DNA of 32,000 nucleotides from Rhodomicrobium sp. R_RK_3. Its GTDB lineage: Bacteria; Pseudomonadota; Alphaproteobacteria; Rhizobiales; Rhodomicrobiaceae. Both the position numbers and the translations under genes were made by a program. The number at the start of each line of letters is the position of its first letter. The first letter of the stretch is position 1. The stretch spans positions 1 to 32,000 of the forward strand of contig NZ_MWLK01000037.1 in NCBI RefSeq assembly GCF_002198715.1, read 5' to 3'. The notes under the pieces are model-generated. The model saw nothing but the letters and a program-made list of their open reading frames with translations. It ran no database searches and was not told the DNA's origin. Below are positions 7,339 to 15,303 of the stretch, piece after piece.

Positions 7339-7704
7339 ATGGTCAACCGCCATCGCGGAGAGGTCGAGGCCGTGCTCGACGGACGGCCCTACCGGCTCTG
7401 CCTGACGCTCGGCGCGCTGGCGGAGCTCGAGGACGCGTTCGGCGCGTCGGATATGCTGGCGCTGGCGGAGCGGTTCGAGGCCGGCCGGCTCGGCGCGCGC
7501 GATGCCATCCGCATCATCGCGGCCGGTCTGCGCGGCGGCGGCAATGAGCTGGACGAAGCACAGGTCGCGCGGATGCAGGCCGATGGCGGTGCGGCCGGGT
7601 TCGTGGAGATCGTCGTCGCGTTGCTGACCGCGACCTTCGGCGCGGCAAAGCCGATCGCGGAGGACCGGACGCCGGGAAAGTCGGCGGGGGAAGCGGCGGA
7701 CTGA
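7339..7704 (+). CDS. GTA g10-like tail assembly chaperone (gene transfer agent family protein)
   Basis: ATG 7339, 121 aa. The pattern GEVEAVLDGRPYRLCLTLGALAELEDAFGASDMLALAERFEAGRLGARDAIRIIAAGLRGGG is the conserved GTA-gp10 signature. The slippery heptamer lies 8 codons before its stop. Confidence 0.82.
   Translation: MVNRHRGEVEAVLDGRPYRLCLTLGALAELEDAFGASDMLALAERFEAGRLGARDAIRIIAAGLRGGGNELDEAQVARMQADGGAAGFVEIVVALLTATFGAAKPIAEDRTPGKSAGEAAD
7674..7680 (+). promoter_or_regulatory. candidate -1 programmed ribosomal frameshift site G_GGA_AAG
   Basis: In the g10 zero frame the codons are ccG GGA AAG (7672-7680). This gives the canonical X_XXY_YYZ heptamer. The -1 frame is open from 7548 to 7895 and encodes the g10.1-like domain. 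Confidence 0.5.
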
Positions 7705-7895
7705 CGCCCTTCCCCTGGGACGATGCCATTGCCGCCGGTCTCGGCGTGCTGAGGCTCGCGCCCGCCGCCTTCTGGTCGATGACGCCGCGCGAATTGAGGC
7801 TCGCCTTGCGCGGGGCGGCCGGTCTGCCCGGCGCGGCCTCGCCCTTCGCGCGGGCGGATTTTGCCGATCTCATGCGCCGCTTCCCCGATAGCTGA
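7701..7895 (+). CDS. GTA g10.1-like protein (rcc01693 family / small tail assembly chaperone C-terminal domain), probably made as a -1 frameshift fusion with g10
   Basis: The -1 frame reads LTPFPWDDAIAAGLGVLRLAPAAFWSMTPRELRLALRGAAGLPGAASPFARADFADLMRRFPDS*. FPW...LRL.P..FW.MTPREL is the conserved motif of this small family. No ATG, GTG or TTG occurs in this frame between the upstream stop (7545-7547) and GTG 7746, which already lies inside the conserved motif. Only CTG 7701 is available as a start. Confidence 0.65.
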   Translation: MTPFPWDDAIAAGLGVLRLAPAAFWSMTPRELRLALRGAAGLPGAASPFARADFADLMRRFPDS

Positions 7896-7904
7896 GGATT
7901 TCCG

Positions 7905-8486
7905 ATGACCGAGACCGTCGCCAGCCTGTCCGTCCGCGTCGGCGCCGACACCACCGAGGCGCGGCAAAAGCTGATGGAGCTCGAACGGCTCGGCAGCGCC
8001 TTCGGGCGCAAGATCACAGGCGCGTTCGAGGACGCCGTCTTCTCCGGTGAGAGTTTTGGCAATACGCTGCGATCCCTGGCGCTCGACCTCTCGCGCGTGG
8101 CGCTGCGCTCGGCGGTGCAGCCCTTCAGCAGCGCCATCGGCGACGGGCTGGCCGGGTTGCTCAAGGGCGTGACGCCGTTCGCGAAGGGCGGGGTGGTCGG
8201 ATCGCCGATGCCGAAGCCGTTCGCGCAAGGTGGGGTGATCGCCGCGCCGGTCAGCTTTCCGCTCGGCGGCGGGAGAACGGGGCTCGCGGGCGAGGCCGGT
8301 CCGGAGGCGATCATGCCGCTGGCGCGCGGTACCGATGGCAGGCTGGGCGTGCGCACGCAAGGCGGCGGCGCGGTGTCCGTGACGATGCATATTTCGACGC
8401 CCGATGCCGAGAGTTTCCGGCGCTCCGAGACTCAGATCGGGGCGATGCTGTCTCGCGCGGTCGGCAGGGGGCAGCGGAATTTATAG
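7905..8486 (+). CDS. short phage tail tape measure protein (GTA g11-like)
   Basis: ATG 7905 follows GAGGA (7894-7898), 193 aa. The motif GLAGEAGPEAIMPLARGTDGRLGV and Gly-rich FAKGGVV/FAQGGVI repeats are typical of the short GTA tape measure. Confidence 0.8.
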   Translation: MTETVASLSVRVGADTTEARQKLMELERLGSAFGRKITGAFEDAVFSGESFGNTLRSLALDLSRVALRSAVQPFSSAIGDGLAGLLKGVTPFAKGGVVGSPMPKPFAQGGVIAAPVSFPLGGGRTGLAGEAGPEAIMPLARGTDGRLGVRTQGGGAVSVTMHISTPDAESFRRSETQIGAMLSRAVGRGQRNL

Positions 8487-8503
8487 GGGCTGGCTGTAAG
8501 CAA

Positions 8504-8610
8504 GGCCGCGCGTCCGGGTGTCTCCGTTGACCCCCCGGGGCCCACGGCCAAGTGGGCACACCATCGGCGCGGATGCGCCGATGCACACGTAAGAGTCTTG
8601 CCGCGAGCAC
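8504..8610 (+). repeat. ~105-bp double-hairpin intergenic element, copy A
   Basis: It contains the core CCCCCCGGGGCCCACGGCCAAGTGGGCA (8531-8558), which includes a GCCCAC/GTGGGC hairpin. It also has a perfect 9-bp hairpin CATCGGCGC-ggat-GCGCCGATG (8562-8583). Flanks GGCCGCG.GTCCGG and TAAGAGTCTTGCCGCGAGCAC are shared with the other copies. Confidence 0.85.
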
Positions 8611-8673
8611 GGTGTTTGCGTTGATCTCCGAGATCTTGGCGCGGCATCGGCTGCATCCGTCGTCCTTATAGTT

Positions 8674-8780
8674 GTCATTCCCGCGAAGGCGGGAATCCAG
8701 TACTCCGCGGCGGTCGCGGCGAAGACCGTGCCTTTGAGACAGTTTGCCCTTTACTGGATCCCCGCTTTCGCGGGGATGAC
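8674..8780. repeat. MITE/REP-like element, family 'GTCATTCCCGCGAAGGCGGGAATCCAG' (copy II, complete with both inverted ends)
   Basis: GTCATTCCCGCGAAGGCGGGAATCCAGTA (8674-8702) versus the inverted TACTGGATCCCCGCTTTCGCGGGGATGAC (8752-8780). Each terminus is itself a short hairpin. The element is 107 bp long. Confidence 0.7.
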
Positions 8781-8806
8781 AGTGCTTCTCATCCCCCAGG
8801 ACCCCC

Positions 8807-9445
8807 ATGGCCTTTCACGACATCCGCTTCCCGACCGCGATCTCCTTCGGCGCCAGCGGCGGGCCGGAGCGGCGCACCGACATCGTCGTGCTCGGCTCGG
8901 GGCATGAGGAGCGCAACCAGCGCTGGGCCGACAGCCGCCGCCGCTACGATGCGGGCTTCGGCGTCAAATCGCTCGATGACCTGCAGGCGGTGATCGCGTT
9001 CTTCGAGGAGCGGCGCGGGCGTCTGCACGGCTTCCGCTGGAAGGATCATGCCGATTGCAAAAGCTGCGCGGCGAGCGGCGTGGTGGCGGCGAGTGACCAA
9101 GCCATCGGCAACGGCGATGGGGCGACTGCGGAGTTCCAGCTCGTCAAAACCTATGGCTCCAGCTTCGCGCCCTGGTCGCGCGCGATCACCAAGCCGGTCG
9201 CGGGCGCGCTGCTCGTCGCCGTGGATGGGGTGCCGCAGACCGAGGGCGTGGATTTCCTCTGCGACTACGCCACGGGGCTGGTCAGCTTCGAGGCGGGCGC
9301 CATCCCAGAGACGGGCAGCGCCATCACCGCAGGCTTCGAATTCGACGTGCCCGTCCGCTTCGACACCGACCAGCTCTCGGTGAATCTCGACGGTTTCCGC
9401 CACGGCTCGATCCCGGCAATCCCGGTGGTCGAGATCCGGGCCTGA
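8807..9445 (+). CDS. DUF2460 / TIGR02217-family protein (GTA g12-like distal tail protein)
   Basis: 212 aa, beginning MAFHDIRFPTAISFGASGGPERRTDIVVLGSGHEERNQRWADSRRRYDAG...FFEERRGRLHGFRWKDHADC. This is the family signature, and the position is correct. Confidence 0.88.
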   Translation: MAFHDIRFPTAISFGASGGPERRTDIVVLGSGHEERNQRWADSRRRYDAGFGVKSLDDLQAVIAFFEERRGRLHGFRWKDHADCKSCAASGVVAASDQAIGNGDGATAEFQLVKTYGSSFAPWSRAITKPVAGALLVAVDGVPQTEGVDFLCDYATGLVSFEAGAIPETGSAITAGFEFDVPVRFDTDQLSVNLDGFRHGSIPAIPVVEIRA

Positions 9446-9477
9446 ACCTGGGTTCTTTCGGGTCAGCGGAGACGCTT

Positions 9478-9581
9478 TGCCCGCGGCAAGACTCTTACGT
9501 GCATCGGCGCATCCGCGCCGATGGGTTTGCCCACTTGGCCGTGGGCCCCGGCGGGTCAACGGATAGTCCCGACTCGCGGCC
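9478..9581 (-). repeat. ~105-bp double-hairpin intergenic element, copy B (inverted relative to copy A)
   Basis: The reverse complement matches copy A. The core TGCCCACTTGGCCGTGGGCCCCGGCGGG (9528-9555) has one mismatch. The hairpin CATCGGCGC-atcc-GCGCCGATG lies at 9502-9523. Confidence 0.85.
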
Positions 9582-9617
9582 CTGCGCCCCGGAGCGGCCG
9601 CCAAACTGTGAGTCTCC

Positions 9618-10511
9618 ATGAAAACCCTCCCCCCCGGCCTTCAGACGCACCTCGACTCGGGCGCGACCACCCTGGCGTGGTGCTGGCGTCTCATCCGCGC
9701 CGACGCCACCGTCTACGGCTTCACCGACCACGACCGCGACATCGCCTTCGACGGCACCACCTTCGGGGCCGCCAGCGGCTTCACCAGCTCCGACATCCGC
9801 CAATCCGTCGGCCTGTCCATCGACAATCTCGACGTCAGCGGCGCATTGCAGTCCGACCGTCTCAACGAATCCGACCTCGCCGGCGGCCTCTTCGACGCCG
9901 CGCGGATCGAGATCTGGCGCGTGAATTGGGCCGAGCCCTCCCAGCGCCTCCTGATGATGAGCGGCTCCATCGGCGAGGTGAAGCGCGGCGAGACGGCCTT
10001 CACCGCCGAGCTGCGCGGCCTCGCCCATGCGCTCGACCAGCAGCAGGGCCGCACCTACCAATATGCCTGCGACGCGACGCTCGGCGATGCCCGCTGCGGC
10101 ATCGATCTGGACGACCCGGCCTTCACCGGCAGCGGCGCGGTCGCCGCCGCCGCCACCCGCTACCTCTTCACCGCCACCGGCCTCGACGCCTTCGCCGAGA
10201 ACTGGTTCGCGGGCGGCCTGCTCTCCTGGACGGAGGGCGCCAATGCCGGCCGCCAGATGGAGGTGAAACGCTTCAGCCTCTCCAACCCATCCGCCGAAAT
10301 CGAACTCTGGCGCTCCATGCCAAGCCCCATCGCGCCCGGCGACGCCTTCACCATCACGGCGGGCTGCGACAAGACCTTCCCGACCTGCCAGGCCAAATTC
10401 GCCAACGCCGTCAATTTCCGCGGCTTCCCGCACATCCCCGGCAACCGCTTCGTGCTCGCCTATCCCGTCTCCGGCGATCCAGGCAATGACGGCGCCAGCA
10501 TGAATGCCTGA
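9618..10511 (+). CDS. DUF2163 / BR0599-family protein (GTA g13-like tail hub)
   Basis: 297 aa, beginning MKTLPPGLQTHLDSGATTLAWCWRLIRADATVYGFTDHDRDIAFDGTTFGAASGF...LGDARCGIDL...TCQAKFANAVNFRGFPHIPG. This is the signature of the DUF2163 plus phage-BR0599 domains. Confidence 0.88.
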   Translation: MKTLPPGLQTHLDSGATTLAWCWRLIRADATVYGFTDHDRDIAFDGTTFGAASGFTSSDIRQSVGLSIDNLDVSGALQSDRLNESDLAGGLFDAARIEIWRVNWAEPSQRLLMMSGSIGEVKRGETAFTAELRGLAHALDQQQGRTYQYACDATLGDARCGIDLDDPAFTGSGAVAAAATRYLFTATGLDAFAENWFAGGLLSWTEGANAGRQMEVKRFSLSNPSAEIELWRSMPSPIAPGDAFTITAGCDKTFPTCQAKFANAVNFRGFPHIPGNRFVLAYPVSGDPGNDGASMNA

Positions 10512-10532
10512 CCTCCGCCAAGGATCTCTCCA

Positions 10533-10958
10533 ATGCGAGCGGACATCGTTGCGCTGGCCCGCTCGTGGCTGGGCACGCCGTACCATCATCAAGCTTCGCT
10601 GAAGGGCGTCGGCTGCGACTGCCTCGGCCTGGTGCGCGGCGTCTATGCGGAAGCGTTTGGCCGTCCCGCCGAGGCGCCGCCGCCCTATAGCCGCGACTGG
10701 GCCGAAGCCTCCGGCGTCGAAACCATGCTCGAGGCTGCCGCGCGCCATCTGACCCGCGTCAACACTGCCGACGCCCGGCCGGGCGACGTGCTGGTGTTCC
10801 GCCTGCGTCCGGGCGCGGCGGCCAAGCACTCGGCCATCCTCACCGCCCCGGACCGGATGATTCACGCCGTCGAAGGCGCCCCGGTCTGCGAGATCTGCCT
10901 CTCGCCATGGTGGCGCCGCCGCATCGCCGCCGCCTTCCGCTTCCCCGAGCCGGTCTGA
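10533..10958 (+). CDS. NlpC/P60-family peptidase (GTA g14-like)
   Basis: 141 aa. ARSWLGTPYHHQASLKGVGCDCLGLVRGVY carries the catalytic Cys context. ...AAKHSAILTAPDRMIHA carries the His context. Confidence 0.88.
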   Translation: MRADIVALARSWLGTPYHHQASLKGVGCDCLGLVRGVYAEAFGRPAEAPPPYSRDWAEASGVETMLEAAARHLTRVNTADARPGDVLVFRLRPGAAAKHSAILTAPDRMIHAVEGAPVCEICLSPWWRRRIAAAFRFPEPV

Positions 10959-11000
10959 GTCTGAACCGCCGCGACCCATCATCTTCAGGGACTCAACTAC

Positions 11001-14000
11001 ATGGCGACACTGGCACTTTCGGCGATCGGCTCGGCGGCGGGTTCGGCGCTGCTGCCCGGCGGCTTCTCCTTCCTCGGCGCCACCCTGACCGGGGCGGCGC
11101 TCGGCCGGGCGGTCGGCGCGCTGGCAGGGGCCTATATCGATCAGTCGCTGTTCGGCGCGACCGGACAGGAAATCGCCCGCGACGGCCCGCGCCTCGCCGA
11201 CCTCAACGTCACCGCCTCGACCGAAGGCGCGGACATGCCGCGCCTCTACGGACGCGCCCGGCTCGGCGGCCAGATCATCTGGGCGACGAATTTCGAGGAG
11301 GAAGTGACCAGCGCCAGCGCGGGCGGCTCGGGCAAGGGCCTCAACAGCGGCGGCGGCGCGAGCCGCAGCACCTACCGCTACTTCGCCAATTTCGCTGTCG
11401 CCCTCTGCGAGGGGGAAATCACGCGGCTCGGCCGGGTCTGGGCCGATGGCGACGAGATCACGCTCTCGGATTACATCTACCGCGTCTATACCGGCTCCGA
11501 AACGCAAGCGCCCGACAGCCTGATCGAGGCCAAGGAAGGCGCGGGCAACGCGCCCGCCTATCGCGGCACGGCCTATGTCGTCTTCGAGCGTCTGCCGCTG
11601 GAGGATTTCGGCAACCGCATCCCGCAGCTCAATTTCGAGGTGTTTCGCGCCGTCGATGCCTTCGAGGGACAGGTGCGCGGCATGACGCTGATCCCGGCAG
11701 CGGGCGAATTCGCCTATCACCCGGGCGAGGTGCGCGTCGATGCCGGCGGCGGCGGCAGCTATTCGGAGAACCGGCATACGACGCTGGGGCCGAGCGATTT
11801 CGCCGTCTCCATGGACCAGTTGCAGGCGACGCTGCCCAATTGCGGCGCGATCTCGCTGTTCTCGGCCTGGTTCGGCTCGGATCTGCGCTGCGGCGCGTGT
11901 GAGATCAAGCCGAAGGTCGACAGCCATGACAAGGGCGAAGGCACCACGCCGATCTCCTGGGGCGTCGCCGGCCTGACGCGCGCCGCGGCGGAGGCGGTCT
12001 CGACCCATGGCGTGCGCCCGGCCTATGGCGGCACGCCGTCGGACAAGACGATCATCGCCGCCATCGCGGATTTGTCCGCGCGCGGCTTCGACGTGATTTT
12101 TACGCCGTTCCTGCTGATGGACATTCCCGAAGCGAACGGCCTTGCCGATCCCTACACCGGCGGGGCCGATCAGCCGGCTTTTCCCTGGCGCGGGCGCATC
12201 ACCTGCGATCCGGCGCCGGGCGAGATCGGCAGTCCGGATCAGACGAGCGCCGCGCAGGCGCAGATCGACGCCTTCGTCGGCACCGCCGCGCCTGCGGATT
12301 TCTCCATCGCGGGCGGCGCGGTCATCTACAGCGGCCCGGATGAATGGAGCTACCGCCGCTTCATCCTGCATTGCGCAGAACTCTGCGCGGCGGCGGGCGG
12401 CGTCGATGCCTTCGTCATCGGCTCGGAAATGCGCGGCCTGACCTGGGTTCGCGACAGCGCCAGCAGCTACCCGTTCGTCCTTGCGCTGATCGCGCTGGCG
12501 GCGGATGTGAAGACCATCCTGCCGGGCGCGAAGGTCACCTATGCGGCGGACTGGTCGGAATATTTCGGCCACCAGCCCGCCGACGGCTCGGGCGATGTCC
12601 ACTTCCATCTCGACCCGCTCTGGTCGGACGCCAATATCGACGCGGTCGCCATCGACAATTACTGGCCGCTCTCCGACTGGCGCGACGGCACCGATCATCT
12701 CGACTATGCCGGCGGCACCCGCTTCATCCACGACCTCGACTATCTGAAGGCCAATATCGAGGGCGGCGAGGGGTTTGACTTCTTCTATGCCTCCGAGGCC
12801 GACCGCGCCGCGCAAATCCGCACGCCGATCACCGATGCCGCTTATGCCAAGCCGTGGGTGTTCCGCTTCAAGGATCTGCGCTCCTGGTGGTCGCAGCCGC
12901 ATTTCGACCGCCCCGGCGGCGTCGAGAGCGGCACGCCGACCGGGTGGGTGCCGGAGGGCAAGCCGATCTGGTTCACCGAGCTGGGCTGTCCGGCCGTCGA
13001 CAAGGGCTCGAACCAGCCGAACGTCTTTTACGATCCGAAAAGTTCGGAGAGCTTTTTCCCCCATTTCTCGCGCGGCATCCGCGACGACCTGATCCAGCGG
13101 CGGTATCTGCGCGCCTTCCTGGAATGGTACGACGCGGCGCACGCCGATTTCGCCGAGGCGCAGAACCCGGCCAGCGGCGTCTATGACGGCCGCATGGTCG
13201 ATGCCGCGCGCATCATGCTCTACACCTGGGATGCGCGGCCCTACCCCGCCTTCCCGGCGCTGCGCACGGTCTGGTCGGATGGCGACAACTGGCAGCTCGG
13301 CCATTGGCTGACCGGCCGCGTCTCCGACGCCCCGCTCGCCGAGACCGTCGCCAAGCTGCTGGGCGATCACGGCTTCTCAGATTTCGACGCCGGGCAGCTC
13401 GCCGGTGCGATGGCAGGCTATGTCATCGACCGGGTGATGTCGGCGCGCGATGCCTTGCAGCCGCTGGAAGCCGCCTTCTTCTTCGACAGCTTTGAGGCGC
13501 AAGGCCGCATCCGCTTCGCCCATCGTGGGCGGGCGGGCATCGCGGCCAGCCTGACTGCCGATGAGCTGGTCGAGACCTCGCCCAGCCGGCCGCGCTACGA
13601 GCTGACCCGCGCGCAGGAAAGCGACCTGCCGCGCTCGGCGAAAGTCATCTTCATCGATGGCGACCGCGATTATCAGCAGGGCTCGGCGGAGGGGCGGCGC
13701 ATCTCCGGCAATGCGGCGCGGATCGCCTCGGCGCGGTTGCCCATGGTGACGACCTATCAGGCCGCGCGCGGCATCGCCGAGACCATGGTGCAGGAAACCT
13801 GGGCGAGCCGCGAGCGCGGGGCCTTCGTGCTGCCGCCGTCGCGGATCGCGCTTGATGCGTCGGACGTGGTGAGCCTCGATGCGAATGGGCGGAGCGTGCC
13901 GTTGCGCCTGACCGGGTTGACCGTCGGCGAGGGGGTCGAGGCCGAAGCGATGTCGATCGAGCCGCAGCTTTACGATGCTTTCGCCAGTCCGGTGCGCGCC

Positions 14001-14960
14001 CCTGTCGCGGCGGCGCCCGCGATCTATGGGCAGCAATTGGGGGTGTTCCTCGATCTGCCGCTCATTCGCGGCGACGAGGTCGCTCACGCCGGGACCGTTG
14101 CGGCTTTTGGTGATCCATGGCCGGGCAGTGTGGCGTTCTACCGCTCGCCGACGACATCAGGCTTCGCGCTAAAGGCGCTTGCCACGACGCCTGCGGTAGT
14201 CGGGGTGACGGACGCCGCGTTTTACGACGGGCCGACGTCGCGCTGGGACGAGGGCAACAGCTTACGGGTGGTGCTGTCCGCGGGCGAATTGTCGTCGGCG
14301 GGCGAATTGCTGGTGCTCGGAGGCGCAAATGTCTGTGCCGTCGAGAATGCCGATGGCGCATGGGAGGTCGTGCAGTTCCGCGATGCCGCGCTCATCGGCG
14401 CGCGGACCTACGAGCTGACCGGCCTGCTGCGCGGGCAAGCGGGCACGGAGGGCGCGATGCGCGCGCCGGTCGCTGCGGGTGCGCGGTTCGTGCTGCTGAA
14501 CGGCGCGCTGGTGCAGGTGGACATGGCGCAGGCGGATATCGGCCTCGCCTTCAACTGGAAATACGGCCCGAGCCGCTACGACATCGGCGATGCGTCATAC
14601 CGGAGCGTGGTGCGCGCATTCGACGGCGTCGGCTTGCGGCCGCTGTCGCCGGTGCATGTCGGCGGGCGGCGAGTGGCGGGGGGGCTGGAGATTGCATGGG
14701 TCCGACGCACCCGCATCGGCGGCGATGGCTGGGACCAGCTCGAGGTGCCGCTCGGCGAGGATGCCGAGGCCTATGAGGTCGATGTCATGGACGGCGCGGC
14801 GGTGGTCCGCACGCTCGCGGCGACGACGCCGTTGGCGGTCTACACCGACGCCGAACAGACGGCCGATTTCGGCGCGCCGCAAGCGGAGTACACGGTCAGG
14901 GTCTATCAGCTCGGCGCGTCCTATGGGCGGGGCGCCGTGCGTGAGGCATTGGTGCCCTGA
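11001..14960 (+). CDS. host-specificity / baseplate 'megatron' protein (GTA g15-like; GTA TIM-barrel-like plus phage-tail domains)
   Basis: 1319 aa. Conserved N-terminus: LPRLYGRARLGGQIIWATNFEE...YRYFANFAVALCEGEITRLGRVWADGDE...GNRIPQLNFEVFR. The TIM-barrel-like middle reads DAFVIGSEMRGLT...AIDNYWPLSDWRDG...PIWFTELGCPAVDKGSNQPNVF. The long - strand ORF covering it is a shadow ORF. Confidence 0.92.
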   Translation: MATLALSAIGSAAGSALLPGGFSFLGATLTGAALGRAVGALAGAYIDQSLFGATGQEIARDGPRLADLNVTASTEGADMPRLYGRARLGGQIIWATNFEEEVTSASAGGSGKGLNSGGGASRSTYRYFANFAVALCEGEITRLGRVWADGDEITLSDYIYRVYTGSETQAPDSLIEAKEGAGNAPAYRGTAYVVFERLPLEDFGNRIPQLNFEVFRAVDAFEGQVRGMTLIPAAGEFAYHPGEVRVDAGGGGSYSENRHTTLGPSDFAVSMDQLQATLPNCGAISLFSAWFGSDLRCGACEIKPKVDSHDKGEGTTPISWGVAGLTRAAAEAVSTHGVRPAYGGTPSDKTIIAAIADLSARGFDVIFTPFLLMDIPEANGLADPYTGGADQPAFPWRGRITCDPAPGEIGSPDQTSAAQAQIDAFVGTAAPADFSIAGGAVIYSGPDEWSYRRFILHCAELCAAAGGVDAFVIGSEMRGLTWVRDSASSYPFVLALIALAADVKTILPGAKVTYAADWSEYFGHQPADGSGDVHFHLDPLWSDANIDAVAIDNYWPLSDWRDGTDHLDYAGGTRFIHDLDYLKANIEGGEGFDFFYASEADRAAQIRTPITDAAYAKPWVFRFKDLRSWWSQPHFDRPGGVESGTPTGWVPEGKPIWFTELGCPAVDKGSNQPNVFYDPKSSESFFPHFSRGIRDDLIQRRYLRAFLEWYDAAHADFAEAQNPASGVYDGRMVDAARIMLYTWDARPYPAFPALRTVWSDGDNWQLGHWLTGRVSDAPLAETVAKLLGDHGFSDFDAGQLAGAMAGYVIDRVMSARDALQPLEAAFFFDSFEAQGRIRFAHRGRAGIAASLTADELVETSPSRPRYELTRAQESDLPRSAKVIFIDGDRDYQQGSAEGRRISGNAARIASARLPMVTTYQAARGIAETMVQETWASRERGAFVLPPSRIALDASDVVSLDANGRSVPLRLTGLTVGEGVEAEAMSIEPQLYDAFASPVRAPVAAAPAIYGQQLGVFLDLPLIRGDEVAHAGTVAAFGDPWPGSVAFYRSPTTSGFALKALATTPAVVGVTDAAFYDGPTSRWDEGNSLRVVLSAGELSSAGELLVLGGANVCAVENADGAWEVVQFRDAALIGARTYELTGLLRGQAGTEGAMRAPVAAGARFVLLNGALVQVDMAQADIGLAFNWKYGPSRYDIGDASYRSVVRAFDGVGLRPLSPVHVGGRRVAGGLEIAWVRRTRIGGDGWDQLEVPLGEDAEAYEVDVMDGAAVVRTLAATTPLAVYTDAEQTADFGAPQAEYTVRVYQLGASYGRGAVREALVP

Positions 14961-15007
14961 CGCGGACGCTGCGCTCCCGGCGGGTGACAGCCTCGGGCGC
15001 AGTGATT

Positions 15008-15106
15008 GCGGCAAGACTCTTAGCGTTGGCCAGCGCCTCCGCGCTGGCCGTTTGCCCACTTGGCCGTGGGCCCCGGGGGGCCTACGCGGACGCTCCGCCT
15101 GCGGCC
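15008..15106 (-). repeat. ~100-bp double-hairpin intergenic element, copy C (variant inner hairpin)
   Basis: The core TGCCCACTTGGCCGTGGGCCCCGGGGGG (15053-15080) is a perfect reverse complement of 15181-15208. The inner hairpin is replaced by GGCCAGCGC-ctcc-GCGCTGGCC (15028-15049), which is still perfectly paired. Confidence 0.85.
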
Positions 15107-15154
15107 TGGGGCACAGTCTTCTTACAAGACCACTTGATCCGATGCAATGCGCCC

Positions 15155-15258
15155 GGCCGCGAGTCCGGCCTTCCCGTTTACCCCCCGGGGCCCACGGCCA
15201 AGTGGGCACACCATCGGCGCGGATGCGCCGATGCACATAAGACTCTTCCCGCGAGCAC
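15155..15258 (+). repeat. ~105-bp double-hairpin intergenic element, copy D
   Basis: GGCCGCGAGTCCGG...CCCCCCGGGGCCCACGGCCAAGTGGGCA (15181-15208), CATCGGCGC-ggat-GCGCCGATG (15212-15233), ...TAAGACTCTTCCCGCGAGCAC. It lies head-to-head with copy C, 48 bp away. Confidence 0.85.
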
Positions 15259-15303
15259 AGCGTTCGCGGTGCGCCCATCTGCGGCACGGCAAAAGGATCG
15301 ACC

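Noticed and set aside
9495-13370. 1291-aa ORF on the - strand
   Set aside because: It is antisense to the well-supported g13, g14 and g15 genes. Its composition is dominated by Arg/Ala/Gly/Asp, as expected for a stop-free shadow frame in GC-rich coding DNA. No recognisable motifs.
8504-15258. Four copies of a ~105-bp repeat as a possible CRISPR array
   Set aside because: The copies are in mixed orientation, with irregular spacings of about 0.9 kb, 5.4 kb and 48 bp. The 'spacers' are intact structural genes. The repeat length is far above CRISPR repeats and no cas genes are present.
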